DNA of 64,000 bases, from the NCBI GenBank assembly GCA_964601305.1, contig CAZRMW010000004.1:434-64433 (forward strand), written 5' to 3'. Made by a program: the position numbers and the translations under genes. Under the pieces are notes generated by a model. The model was not told the DNA's origin. It was given only the letters and a program-made list of their open reading frames with translations, and did no database searches. Origin of the DNA: an uncultured Candidatus Saccharibacteria bacterium. Lineage in GTDB: Bacteria; Patescibacteriota; Minisyncoccia; JAHISW01; Tagabacteraceae. Below are positions 10,109 to 19,722 of the stretch, one piece after another. The first letter of the stretch is position 1; each line of letters begins with the position of its first letter.

Positions 10109-10185
10109 GCCGATGTAGCTCAGTTGGTTAGAGCAACGGTTTTGTAAACCGTAGGTCGTCAGTTCGAATCTGACCATCGGCTCCA
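10109..10185 (+). tRNA. tRNA-Thr(UGU)
   Basis: Acceptor gccgatg/catcggc, anticodon arm acggt-TTTGTAA-accgt, TTCGAAT T-loop, encoded CCA. Confidence 0.97.
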
Positions 10186-10235
10186 AAGAGAAAGATATTG
10201 AAAAATTACTCATTTTTTTATATACTTATTTTATT

Positions 10236-10505
10236 ATGACAATACGAATGAGACATACTAAATCTCACACAAAAAATAGGCGTTCGCACCATGGTATGAA
10301 AAAAGCGAATATTTCTTTGTGTGAAAAATGTGGAGAGCCAAAACTTCCTCACAGAGTTTGTGCTAATTGTGGTACCTATAAAAAGAGAAGTATTTTGGAT
10401 GTGCTTAAAAAACTTACAAAAAAAGAAAAGAAAAACAAAGAAAAAGAACTAGAAGCACAAGAACAAGCAAAAGGCCTAAGTGCCGAAGAACTTTCAAAAA
10501 AATAA
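10236..10505 (+). CDS. rpmF: 50S ribosomal protein L32
   Basis: RRSHH, CEKCG, PHRVCANCGTY. Confidence 0.96.
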   Translation: MTIRMRHTKSHTKNRRSHHGMKKANISLCEKCGEPKLPHRVCANCGTYKKRSILDVLKKLTKKEKKNKEKELEAQEQAKGLSAEELSKK

Positions 10506-10514
10506 AAACAATTT

Positions 10515-11444
10515 ATGGCAAATAGACATTTATCAAGAAGTATAGCAATGCAGGTTCTTTTTGAATTGGATTTTAACGATAGTAAAAAGAATAAAGCCGA
10601 AGAAATCTTAAAAAGAAATCTCAAAGAATTTGCGCCAGGTCTGGACGACAGTAAATTTGTTGAAAAGATTGTGAAAGGTGTTTTGAAAGAGCAAAAAAAG
10701 ATAGACACAATAATCAAAAAAACAGCCCCTGAGTGGCCTTTGGAACAGATTGCGATTATAGACAGAAATGTTTTAAGGATAGGTCTTTATGAGCTCCTTT
10801 TTGGTAATCCGAAAGATGTGCCTAAAAAGGTAGCTATAAACGAGTCAATTGAACTCGCAAAAAGTTTTGGCGGGGAAACATCCGGCAAGTTTGTTAATGG
10901 TGTTTTAGGGACTGTTTATAGAGAATTGCCAGAGTCTGAGAAGGAAGACGATGGGCCAAACAAAGATCCAGAAAAAATAGATTGTGAAGAAAAAAAAGGT
11001 GGTGCCGTTGTGTATAGAAAAGAGAACTTGCCCGACAAGGCGGGAGACGATGTCTTTCTTGCGTTGGTGCACGATGTTTTTGGATACTGGACTCTTTCAA
11101 AAGGCGGGATTGAAGAAGGAGAAGATGAAAAAGAAGGAACAATTAGAGAAATAAAAGAAAAGATGGGGATAGATATAAAAATAAAAGAAAGTTTGGGGGA
11201 AAATGATTATGTAGCATCTCACCCTGAAAAAGGCAGAGTGAAAAAGAGCGTGTTTTATTTCTTGGCAGAGACAAAAGACAAAGGCCTAAAGCTTGGTGAA
11301 TCTGGTGGGCTCGACGATGTTCGCTGGTTTAAATTGGAAGATCTTGAAGGATTAAAAATATACGATGATTTAAAACCAATAATTTTAAAGGCAATTAAGA
11401 TTATAAAAACCCCGCCGAGCGGGGCAAGAAAAATAAATGGATAG
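10515..11444 (+). CDS. nusB: NusB fused to C-terminal NUDIX-fold domain
   Basis: R..SR..AMQ.LF, IDRNVLR, INESIELAK.FG, FVNGVL; then W.LSKGG.E.GE......REIKEKMG. Confidence 0.92.
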   Translation: MANRHLSRSIAMQVLFELDFNDSKKNKAEEILKRNLKEFAPGLDDSKFVEKIVKGVLKEQKKIDTIIKKTAPEWPLEQIAIIDRNVLRIGLYELLFGNPKDVPKKVAINESIELAKSFGGETSGKFVNGVLGTVYRELPESEKEDDGPNKDPEKIDCEEKKGGAVVYRKENLPDKAGDDVFLALVHDVFGYWTLSKGGIEEGEDEKEGTIREIKEKMGIDIKIKESLGENDYVASHPEKGRVKKSVFYFLAETKDKGLKLGESGGLDDVRWFKLEDLEGLKIYDDLKPIILKAIKIIKTPPSGARKING

Positions 11445-12129
11445 CTTGAAAGAGTTAGAAAAAAAGATTGGAATAAAATTTAGTAACAAAGATTTATTGC
11501 AAGAAGCCTTAACTCACAGGTCTTTTTTAAATGAGATGAAGGGCGGTGTAAGACACAATGAAAGGCTAGAATTTTTGGGGGACGCTGTGCTTGAGCTTTC
11601 GGTAACTAGATTTCTTTTTTCAAAGTTTGACAAAAAAAACGAAGGAGACCTCACTTCACTGAGGGCAGCTTTAGTAAATTCGAAGATGCTTTTTGAGGTT
11701 GGTGACAAACTTAAAATTTACGATTTTTTAAGGCTCTCAAAAGGAGAGGCGAGAGATTCTGGGAAAGCCAAGAGTTTTATTTTAGCAAATGCTATGGAGG
11801 CTTTGATAGGTGCAGTTTACCTAGATCAGGGTTACGAAGTTGCAGATGATTTTATAATAAAAAACATTTGTTCAAATGTAGATACTGTTTTAGAAAAAAA
11901 GCTATGGCGTGATGCAAAAAGTTTATTTCAAGAAAAATCTCAAGAAGAAATGAGCACAACACCCGTCTACAAAGTTGTAAAAGAAACTGGCCCAGATCAC
12001 AAAAAACATTTTGTTATTGGCGTTTATTTAGGTAGTGAGTTGATTGCGGAGGGCGAGGGGTTTTCTAAGCAGGAGGCACAAATGAAAGCAGCTGAAAATG
12101 CACTAAAAGAAAAAGGTTGGGAAGAGTAA
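11437..12129 (+). CDS. rnc: Ribonuclease III
   Basis: ALTHRS, NERLEFLGDAVL, EALIGA, dsRBD (GPDH, SKQEA). Confidence 0.97.
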   Translation: MDSLKELEKKIGIKFSNKDLLQEALTHRSFLNEMKGGVRHNERLEFLGDAVLELSVTRFLFSKFDKKNEGDLTSLRAALVNSKMLFEVGDKLKIYDFLRLSKGEARDSGKAKSFILANAMEALIGAVYLDQGYEVADDFIIKNICSNVDTVLEKKLWRDAKSLFQEKSQEEMSTTPVYKVVKETGPDHKKHFVIGVYLGSELIAEGEGFSKQEAQMKAAENALKEKGWEE

Positions 12130-12132
12130 ACT

Positions 12133-14304
12133 ATGCGACTTAAAAGTCTAAAAATTTCTGGTTTTAAATCTTTCAACAAGAGCACAACTCTTGGTTTTTC
12201 TAATTCTATATCTGCTATTGTTGGGCCAAATGGTTCTGGTAAATCAAACGTTGCAGAGTCTATTGCGTGGGTTTTGGGTGAGCAATCTGTAAAAAATTTG
12301 CGCGGGAAAAAGGGGGAAGATCTAATTTTTAACGGATCAGTTTCTTCTCCAAAAATGAATAAAGCATCGGTGTCTTTAATTTTTTCGAAAACACCCCGCC
12401 GGGCGGGGCAAGAAGTCTCAGAAGAGATAGTCGTTTCTCGTACTGTTTATAGAGACGGAGTTAATGAATATTTTATGAATAATACCAGAGCCAGGCTAAA
12501 AGATATTATAGAATTTTTAAACAAAGAGGGTTCTGGAGTTGTAAAACACCATATTATTAGACAAGGGGAGGCCGACCACATTTTAAATTCAAGCATAAAA
12601 GAAAGAAGAGATTTAATAGAAAATGCTCTCGGTCTTAAAATATATAAGATAAAAAAAGAAGAGGCTGAGAGAAAACTACTAAAAACAGAAGAAAATATAG
12701 AGCAAGTAAATTCTTTAAGAAAGGAAATACAGCCTCATTTGCGTTTTTTAAAAAAACAAGTTGCAAAAGCAAACGAATCTGTGGAGCTTAAAGAAGAGTT
12801 AAAAAATATTTGCTCAGAGTATTTTTCTTGGTCAGAAAACTGGATAAATCAAAGTTTGGAGAAAATTCAAGTGAATTTAACAGAGTTTAATGAAAAGATA
12901 GAAGGAAAAGAAAAAGAAATAAAAAGTTTTGAGGGTGAGGTAAAAAATTTTGAAAAAGAAAGAGAGAGATCAAGCACCATAAGAAACAAAATAAGTGATT
13001 TGGAAAGAGAAATAGGTAGGCACGAGGGGGCACTTTTTCAGATGAGAAAAACAGTGGAAAATAAAAAAGAGAAAACCCTAAACTCACAAAGTGAGTTGGG
13101 CAAGGAAGAGATAAAAATTAGATTTAGTTTTAGAGAAGTAGAAAATTTTGCAAAATACTTAGAAAAAGAAATAGAAAGGGCTTTTGGGGTGAGCGATGTA
13201 GAAAGTATTAAAAAAATACTAATATCGATCAAAAAAGAAGCAAGGTTTCTTTTTAAAAAACCTAACAGCAACCAGAAAGAAGAGCAAAAAGAAAACAATG
13301 AGACAAAGGAGTCTCTCAAGAAAATGGAAGCAAAATACAAAGAATTGCTAGTGGCTTTGGGTGACGTGAAAAAAGAAGAAGAAATCTTGCAAAAAGAAAG
13401 CAGAAAAGTATTAGACTCAGAGAGACAGCTTTATAAAATAAAAATGGAGGCAAGCGAACTAACAAACAAGAGAAATAATTTTAAAAATAAAAAAGAAGAG
13501 TTTTTGTCTAAAAAAGACTTTGTTTTTAAATACAAAAGTGAGTTGGAAAAATTCTTAAAAGAAAAAATTAAATATAATCAGACAAAGACAGATGTTGGTA
13601 ATTTTTCAGAAGAAACTTTAGAGAGGAAGAAAATAAAAATAGAAAGATTAAGAATAAAGCTAGAAGAAAGCGGTGGAGTGGGAGAAGAAATGATAAAAGA
13701 ATATGAAGAAATTAGTGGGAGAGACAATTTTTTATTAAAGGAAACTTCTGATTTAGGAGAATCATCTAAGTCTTTAAGGGTGCTAATAAAACAACTCGAA
13801 GAAAGATTAGACACTGATTTTAAAAAAGGAATTTCAAAAATTAATATAGAATTTCAAAAGTTTTTTGAAGCAATGTTTAATGGGGGAAAAGCGGAGTTGA
13901 GAATTGTAAAAGGAAAAGCAAAAATTGTTGACGAAGATAGTTTTCAAGAAGAGGGCGTAGACATAAAAGTAAGTTTGCCGAGAAAGAAAATAAATTCTCT
14001 AGGCATGCTTTCTGGTGGAGAAAGGGCGCTTACCTCTATTGCTCTTCTTTTTGCTTTGTCTCAAGTTAATCCCCCGCCGTTTTTAATTTTAGATGAAACA
14101 GACGCGGCGCTAGACGAATCTAATTCTAGAAAATATGCACAGATGCTTAAGAAGTTGAGTAGTAAAACCCAATTGATACTAATTACACACAATAGAGAAA
14201 CTATGAACATCGCCGGTATTTTATACGGAGTTACCATGGGAGGCGATGGTATATCAAAATTGCTTTCTATAAAACTAGAAGACGCCGAAGAGATGGTAGT
14301 TTAA
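12133..14304 (+). CDS. smc: Chromosome segregation SMC protein (short coiled coil)
   Basis: GFKSF, GPNGSGKSN, LSGGE, ILDETDAALD, ITH. Confidence 0.92.
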   Translation: MRLKSLKISGFKSFNKSTTLGFSNSISAIVGPNGSGKSNVAESIAWVLGEQSVKNLRGKKGEDLIFNGSVSSPKMNKASVSLIFSKTPRRAGQEVSEEIVVSRTVYRDGVNEYFMNNTRARLKDIIEFLNKEGSGVVKHHIIRQGEADHILNSSIKERRDLIENALGLKIYKIKKEEAERKLLKTEENIEQVNSLRKEIQPHLRFLKKQVAKANESVELKEELKNICSEYFSWSENWINQSLEKIQVNLTEFNEKIEGKEKEIKSFEGEVKNFEKERERSSTIRNKISDLEREIGRHEGALFQMRKTVENKKEKTLNSQSELGKEEIKIRFSFREVENFAKYLEKEIERAFGVSDVESIKKILISIKKEARFLFKKPNSNQKEEQKENNETKESLKKMEAKYKELLVALGDVKKEEEILQKESRKVLDSERQLYKIKMEASELTNKRNNFKNKKEEFLSKKDFVFKYKSELEKFLKEKIKYNQTKTDVGNFSEETLERKKIKIERLRIKLEESGGVGEEMIKEYEEISGRDNFLLKETSDLGESSKSLRVLIKQLEERLDTDFKKGISKINIEFQKFFEAMFNGGKAELRIVKGKAKIVDEDSFQEEGVDIKVSLPRKKINSLGMLSGGERALTSIALLFALSQVNPPPFLILDETDAALDESNSRKYAQMLKKLSSKTQLILITHNRETMNIAGILYGVTMGGDGISKLLSIKLEDAEEMVV

Positions 14305-14308
14305 GCAA

Positions 14309-14336
14309 TTGACTAGATTGGGTTTTTATATATAAT
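14309..14336 (+). promoter_or_regulatory. Sigma70-type promoter of rpsP
   Basis: TTGACT-16-TATAAT, 8 nt before the ATG. Confidence 0.7.
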
Positions 14337-14344
14337 ATAGTCTA

Positions 14345-14746
14345 ATGTTAAAGATAAGATTTACAAGAATTGGTAGAAAGCACGACCCTACTTTTAGGAT
14401 CGTTTTAACCGATTCTAGAAAAGCTCCAAGAAGTGGAGCATATATAGAAAAGCTTGGTTTTTATAATCCTACCAAAAAAGGAGATTTTAGTGTGGATGGA
14501 GAAAGGGTAAAGCATTGGATTTCTCAAGGGGCACAAGTTTCTCCTTCAGTTTTTAATCTTTTAGTTTCAGAAAAAATAGTAGAGGGTAAAAAAGTGGATG
14601 TAAGTGCGAAGAGCAAGAAGAAAGTAGCTGAAGAGCCTAAGGAGCAATCAGTAGAATCAACTGAAAACAAAAAAGACGATTCAACCTCAGACGATAAAGC
14701 AGAAGAAGAGGTTGAGGAAAAACCAGAAGAGACAAAAGAAAAATAG
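14345..14746 (+). CDS. rpsP: 30S ribosomal protein S16
   Basis: MLKIRFTR.G, IEKLGFYNP, GAQ.S. Confidence 0.97.
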   Translation: MLKIRFTRIGRKHDPTFRIVLTDSRKAPRSGAYIEKLGFYNPTKKGDFSVDGERVKHWISQGAQVSPSVFNLLVSEKIVEGKKVDVSAKSKKKVAEEPKEQSVESTENKKDDSTSDDKAEEEVEEKPEETKEK

Positions 14747-14808
14747 AGGATTGATCCCTCACCTTTGATTGAATTTTTATGAATAAAGAACTATGCAAAG
14801 GTGAGGGA

Positions 14809-14836
14809 TTGACAAAGAGTAGTTTTTGTGTATAAT
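14809..14836 (+). promoter_or_regulatory. Sigma70-type promoter of khpA
   Basis: TTGACA-16-TATAAT. Confidence 0.75.
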
Positions 14837-14900
14837 AAAAAGATAATTTAATTCAGGTCGATTTAATAAGTTAGAATTATTGGTTAAACAGAATTCAAAC

Positions 14901-15227
14901 ATGGCAGAAAAATTCAAAGATGCAGAATTTCTTGAGTATGTCGTGAAGGCTTTGGTAGACAGTCCAGACGCCGTAGAGGTAGATCGTCAAGTAGACGAAA
15001 TGGGTGTTTTACTAAAATTGAAAATTGACCCAGCTGATATGGGTAAAATCATTGGCCGAAGCGGTAATACTGCTAGAGCTATCCGAAATCTTTTACGTGT
15101 AGTTGGCCTTAAAAACCAAGCTCGCGTAAACCTAAAGATTGAGGAACCAGAAGGTGGTAGGAGAGCTCCTGCTCCTCGTTCTGAAGAGCCTAGTGTAGAC
15201 GATGTGGTTGATGATTTGAAGTTATAA
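14901..15227 (+). CDS. khpA: KH-domain RNA-binding protein KhpA
   Basis: DMGKIIGRSG.TARAIR; rpsP-khpA-trmD context; ATG at 14901 preferred. Confidence 0.9.
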   Translation: MAEKFKDAEFLEYVVKALVDSPDAVEVDRQVDEMGVLLKLKIDPADMGKIIGRSGNTARAIRNLLRVVGLKNQARVNLKIEEPEGGRRAPAPRSEEPSVDDVVDDLKL

Positions 15228-15248
15228 ACACTTAACTTTTTAAATCTA

Positions 15249-15286
15249 AGAAAGCCGTTCCACTTGTGGGGCGGTTTTCTGTTTTT
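15249..15286 (+). terminator. Rho-independent terminator
   Basis: agaaagccgttcc/ggggcggttttct stem followed by T-run. Confidence 0.65.
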
Positions 15287-15317
15287 ACTCATTTTGGTTT
15301 TTGAGAAAGAGTAAGTT

Positions 15318-15425
15318 AACACAAAACCAAAACTAATTTTTTACTTTCCCTAAATTATGATAATTTAGGGAAGTGTTCGTTTTAGACTCACAAGCACGTA
15401 AAAAATTGTTTTGATTTTGTGTTTT
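15318..15425. repeat. ~105-bp palindromic MITE-like element, copy 1 (copy 2 at 51596-51703)
   Basis: Terminal IRs acacaaaaccaaaac / gttttgattttgtgt; internal hairpin cttt/ccctaaattat-g-ataatttaggg. Confidence 0.85.
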
Positions 15426-15492
15426 GTAATTTCCTCACAAAAATAAAAGCCTTATCCTTGCTAGTTGAAGTTGTAAAAGATAAAATTAAGAT

Positions 15493-16158
15493 ATGACAAC
15501 ATTTCATATTTTTTCTATATTTCCCGAGTCTTTTAATAGCTATTTTAATAGCTCTATTTTGGCGCGGGCGCAGAAGAAAAAATTGATTAAAATAAAAGTT
15601 TACGATATTAGAAAATTTGCTAAAGATAAACACAAAACAACAGACGATAGGCCTTTTGGCGGTGGCCCAGGTATGGTGATGAAAGCAGAACCTATTATAA
15701 AAGCTGTTGAAACAGCTTTTAAGGGTAAAACGAAAAACGAAAAAAGCAAAATATTAATAGCAATTACTTCTGCTACGGGCAAGCAGTTTAACCAAAAAAC
15801 AGCACAAAATTTTTCAAAAAAATACAAAGACATAGCAATAATTTGTGGACGCTACGAAGGTATAGATGAAAGAGTAAAAAAGATTTTAAAAGATTTTGTA
15901 CACCAAGTGCAAGAATTATCAACAGGCCCATATATTTTAACTGGAGGAGAATTACCAGCAATGACTATCGTAGACTCTGTTTCTAGACACATAAAAGGAG
16001 TGCTTGGAAAAGAAGAATCTTTAGAAGAAAAAAGTGGATCGTATCCAGTTTATACAAGACCAGAAGTTTTAGAAATAAATAATAAAAAATACAAAACCCC
16101 AAAAGTTTTAATGAGCGGTGATCATAAAAAAATAAAAGATTGGCGTAAAAACAAATGA
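15493..16158 (+). CDS. trmD: tRNA (guanine37-N1)-methyltransferase
   Basis: DDRPFGGGPGMVM, CGRYEGIDERV, TGGELPA, YTRP. Confidence 0.97.
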   Translation: MTTFHIFSIFPESFNSYFNSSILARAQKKKLIKIKVYDIRKFAKDKHKTTDDRPFGGGPGMVMKAEPIIKAVETAFKGKTKNEKSKILIAITSATGKQFNQKTAQNFSKKYKDIAIICGRYEGIDERVKKILKDFVHQVQELSTGPYILTGGELPAMTIVDSVSRHIKGVLGKEESLEEKSGSYPVYTRPEVLEINNKKYKTPKVLMSGDHKKIKDWRKNK

Positions 16159-17033
16159 CAAACTGGCTCGCATTTGCCATAATTGCATACTTTTTTGCAG
16201 CAGTTGTTGCTGTAATAGACAAATTTTTAGTCCATAGAAAAACTAGAAGTCCTATAGTTTATTCTTTTTATACGGCAATTTTAAGTGCAGTGGTTCTTGT
16301 GGCTTGGCCTTTTGATTTTTCTTTTCTTTCCATTCAAACAACACTAATAGCATTATTTTCTGGCGCAACATTTTTTTTGGCGACTTTTTTCTACTACTCT
16401 ACAATGATGAAGGGCGCTATTTCTCGTTCGGCTTCAATTATTGGTGGAATTTCTCCTATAATAATTTTATTTTTGTCTTACTTTTTGCTAGAAGAAAGAC
16501 TACCTGGTTTTTGGATTGTTTCTTTTTTTGTTTTGATTTTTGGAAGCTTTCTTCTTGCGTATGGAAAAGGAAAAATCTTTTCTGTTTATGCGCTACTTGC
16601 GGCAGTTTTTTATGCACTAACATTTTTTAGTGCAAAATTGGTTTATTTGGATAGTTCTTTTATAAATGGTTTAGTGTGGATAAGGGTTGGCGGGCTTTTG
16701 GTTGCTTTGGGGCTCCTGTTTTTTCCTTTTTTCAAGAAAATATTGAAAGCTAACCCTCTAAAAGTAAATAAAAAAATATTTTTATTTTTTGTGGCAAACA
16801 AGGGATTGAGTGCGGTTTCGATTTTAATTTTAAACTATGCAATTAGTTTAGGGCCAGTTTCTATAATAAATGCTGTTCAAGGGATTCAGTACGGCATGAT
16901 TTTTATTTTAGCAATATTTGTTTCTATTTGGTTTCCAAATTTTATAAAAGAATCTTTGGAATTTAAAATTGTTGCAAGAAAAATTATTGGCATTGCCTTA
17001 GTATCTGCTGGTATAATATTTTTAGTAATTTAA
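16155..17033 (+). CDS. EamA/DMT-like membrane transporter
   Basis: About 10 TM helices in two repeats; LEERL and GPVS motifs. Confidence 0.75.
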   Translation: MTNWLAFAIIAYFFAAVVAVIDKFLVHRKTRSPIVYSFYTAILSAVVLVAWPFDFSFLSIQTTLIALFSGATFFLATFFYYSTMMKGAISRSASIIGGISPIIILFLSYFLLEERLPGFWIVSFFVLIFGSFLLAYGKGKIFSVYALLAAVFYALTFFSAKLVYLDSSFINGLVWIRVGGLLVALGLLFFPFFKKILKANPLKVNKKIFLFFVANKGLSAVSILILNYAISLGPVSIINAVQGIQYGMIFILAIFVSIWFPNFIKESLEFKIVARKIIGIALVSAGIIFLVI

Positions 17034-17042
17034 ATAAAAACA

Positions 17043-18038
17043 ATGTTTAAAAAAATATTAAAAATTTTGTTAATAATAATTTTTTTGATGGTTTGTGCTG
17101 GGTGGTTTTTTGTTAGCCGTGTGCCAAAAGTTGAGCCAAAAAATTTTGGTATTACATATTCTGTAAAAATGGCAAAAGATTTTGGTATAGACTGGCAAGA
17201 AGCTTTTGAAGCATCTTTAGAAGATTTGGGAGTTAAAAAAATAAGGATCCCTGTGTATTGGGATGAAGTTGAAAAAGAGGAGGGAGTGTGGGATTTTTCT
17301 CAAATAGATTGGATGCTTGAGCAAGCAGAAAAGTATGATGCTGAAATTGTCCTTGCTGTTGGTAAGAAGGTGCCGCGGTGGCCGGAATGCCATACCCCGC
17401 ACTGGGTGCGGGAATTTTCAATTTCCAATTCTCAATTTTCAAACGAAAAACTACTAAACTATATAGAAACTACGATTAAACGATACGACGACAAAGAGGT
17501 GGTAAAATATTGGCAAATAGAAAACGAGCCATTTTTAAAATTTGGGATTTGCCCTAATTACGATCCATATTTTGTTGATGAAGAAATTAAGCTTGTAAAA
17601 AGTTTATCGGACAAAAAAATAATAATGTCCGATGGAGGTGAATTTGGAGATTGGGTTAGGGCGTACAAAAGAACGGATGTTTTTGGGTCTACTTTGTATC
17701 GTCACATAGTTTCTAGATTTATGGGAGAATGGACATATCCAATTCCTTCTTGGGTTTTTAGATTAAGGCAGGGAATAGTAAAAACTTTTTATGGGGATAA
17801 ACCAAGAATAGTGATAGAGCTACAATCAGAGCCGTGGATAGATGGTGTGGTAAAAGACTCTACTGTAGAAAGGCAGTACGAGGGCTTTGGCCCAGAAAGA
17901 TTTAAAGAAATGATGAAGTATATAGAAGGCACTGGTTTTGATACTTTTTATTTCTGGGGTGTTGAATGGTGGTACTTCTTAAAAGAGCAAGGCCACCCAG
18001 AAATGTGGGATTTGGCTAAGGAGAAAATAAGTTCTTGA
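17043..18038 (+). CDS. Membrane-anchored clan GH-A glycoside hydrolase
   Basis: IRIPVYW..VE...G.WDF, WQIENEP (acid/base), IELQSEPW (nucleophile region). Confidence 0.75.
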   Translation: MFKKILKILLIIIFLMVCAGWFFVSRVPKVEPKNFGITYSVKMAKDFGIDWQEAFEASLEDLGVKKIRIPVYWDEVEKEEGVWDFSQIDWMLEQAEKYDAEIVLAVGKKVPRWPECHTPHWVREFSISNSQFSNEKLLNYIETTIKRYDDKEVVKYWQIENEPFLKFGICPNYDPYFVDEEIKLVKSLSDKKIIMSDGGEFGDWVRAYKRTDVFGSTLYRHIVSRFMGEWTYPIPSWVFRLRQGIVKTFYGDKPRIVIELQSEPWIDGVVKDSTVERQYEGFGPERFKEMMKYIEGTGFDTFYFWGVEWWYFLKEQGHPEMWDLAKEKISS

Positions 18039-18102
18039 CTTTTTGTTATAAGAAAGTATGATAATATAATATTAAATTATCATATAATTTTTAAATAAAA
18101 AT

Positions 18103-18321
18103 ATGACCACATTATCTGTGCCACTTTCTTCTAAACTAGAAGAATTTGTAAAAAACTCTGTTAAGCAGGGGATTGCGCCAACGAAAGCAGAAGTTGTAAG
18201 AAAAGCCCTTAAAAAAATGGCGGAGGAAGAAGCCATAAATGATGTTTTAGAAGCTCAAAAAGAAGGAAGAGAGGGAAAAATTCTTTATGGTGATCTTGAT
18301 GAGTTGATCAAAAAGATATGA
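18103..18321 (+). CDS. Ribbon-helix-helix antitoxin
   Basis: TLSVPL...L..., KAEVVRKAL; overlaps the downstream toxin. Confidence 0.8.
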   Translation: MTTLSVPLSSKLEEFVKNSVKQGIAPTKAEVVRKALKKMAEEEAINDVLEAQKEGREGKILYGDLDELIKKI

Positions 18322-18593
18322 ATAACTCAAAATTTATAGTTGGTTATTCTCCCAGATTTGCAAAAAAATACAAATCTTTTGAAAAAAATCTCAGAAGTGA
18401 AGTAAAAGAGAAGATAGAACTATTAAAAGATGCAAAAAATCATAAATATTTAAAAGTCCATAAACTTCATGGGGTCTTGAGGGGTTGTTATAGTTTTTCT
18501 GTAAATTACAAAATTAGGGCTGTGTTTGAGTATATTTCAAAGGAAAAAATTTTACTTCTTGGGGTTGGCGATCACGATGTCTACAAAAAATAA
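18318..18593 (+). CDS. RelE/YafQ-family mRNA interferase toxin
   Basis: F.KKY, LKVHKLHG, SFSV...R, GDHDVY. Confidence 0.85.
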   Translation: MNNSKFIVGYSPRFAKKYKSFEKNLRSEVKEKIELLKDAKNHKYLKVHKLHGVLRGCYSFSVNYKIRAVFEYISKEKILLLGVGDHDVYKK

Positions 18594-18707
18594 ACTCAAA
18601 AAACATTCCAACATTCTGCAGAATATCAGAATGTTTTGTGTTGCTTGTGTGGTGGTGTGTTTTATGATAGTTTGAGTAAAGAACAAAAAACAAGGAGGGT
18701 TATTTTC

Positions 18708-19100
18708 ATGGAGACACATCTTACAGATATTGGGAAAGAAAAAATTGAAAAAGAACTTGAAAGACTTAAGAAATTGCGTGAAGAGAAAATTCAAGAATTA
18801 AGAAAACTAGAAGATAGTAATCTTGGTGCATGGAATACATATGGAAGTGAATTGTGTGCAGGAAGCATGTCTAACGCAGAAGAAAAAAAAGAAAAAGAAA
18901 TTAAGAGAATAAAAGAAACCGTGGTTTTACTCAAAGATGTTCTTTCTGGGGAACTTGATATATCAGCAAAAAACGAATCTGCATTGCGGTTTTCTATGCG
19001 GGAAATACATTTGAAAATAGAAGGTCTAAAAACTAAGAAAAGTGTAATGGAAGCAGAACATACTAGAGTAATCCAAGCAAGAGGTATTATAATGAGATAA
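18708..19100 (+). CDS. Coiled-coil hypothetical protein (paralog of 19375-19722)
   Basis: AAGGAGG SD before ATG 18708; shares LLK.VL...LDIS...E with the next ORF. Confidence 0.7.
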   Translation: METHLTDIGKEKIEKELERLKKLREEKIQELRKLEDSNLGAWNTYGSELCAGSMSNAEEKKEKEIKRIKETVVLLKDVLSGELDISAKNESALRFSMREIHLKIEGLKTKKSVMEAEHTRVIQARGIIMR

Positions 19101-19374
19101 AATAAATGGACAGTTTTGAATTTAAAGGCGGGAATACCCTCGCCTTTTTTGTTTGGGTTATAGCACCGAGTCTGTGTTTTTTCTATTAGTTTTTCTATTG
19201 TCCCTAAAATTCACGATCCCGCCAGATTTATCCACCTTCGCCAGAGGCGGGCAGGCGTGAAAAAAAGGGAAGGATAGGGGTAAGAGGACAGAAAAAGAGT
19301 TGTACGCAGGGTGCTTTTTGTGGTAGCTTAGACAAAGAATGTAAAAACAACAAGAAAAAAAAGGGGGTTTATTA

Positions 19375-19722
19375 ATGACGTCTTTTGAAAATATAAAGCG
19401 TATGGCTCATTTGAGACAAGAGAAAGAAGATGACTTAAAAAAGAACAAAGAAAAGATAATATGCAGAAAAATAGAAGAGCTTGAAGACGAACTAAAAGAT
19501 AAATCAACAGATGAATGGGAAATCGATAAAATTGAAGAGTCTATTTGTTTACTCAAAACAGTGCTTTTTAATGACCTAGATATATCCAAAGAAAAGGAAA
19601 ATGATTTTAGAGAAACTGCCTTTAAATTGGATGGAAAGATAAGAAAATTACAAATAGATAAATTTTCTGCTGAAAGTTCACGTGAGTTTGTTTCGAAAAT
19701 AAGAAGCATAGTTCTTGGTTAA
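19375..19722 (+). CDS. Coiled-coil hypothetical protein (paralog of 18708-19100)
   Basis: Similar leader and C-terminal half. Confidence 0.7.
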   Translation: MTSFENIKRMAHLRQEKEDDLKKNKEKIICRKIEELEDELKDKSTDEWEIDKIEESICLLKTVLFNDLDISKEKENDFRETAFKLDGKIRKLQIDKFSAESSREFVSKIRSIVLG

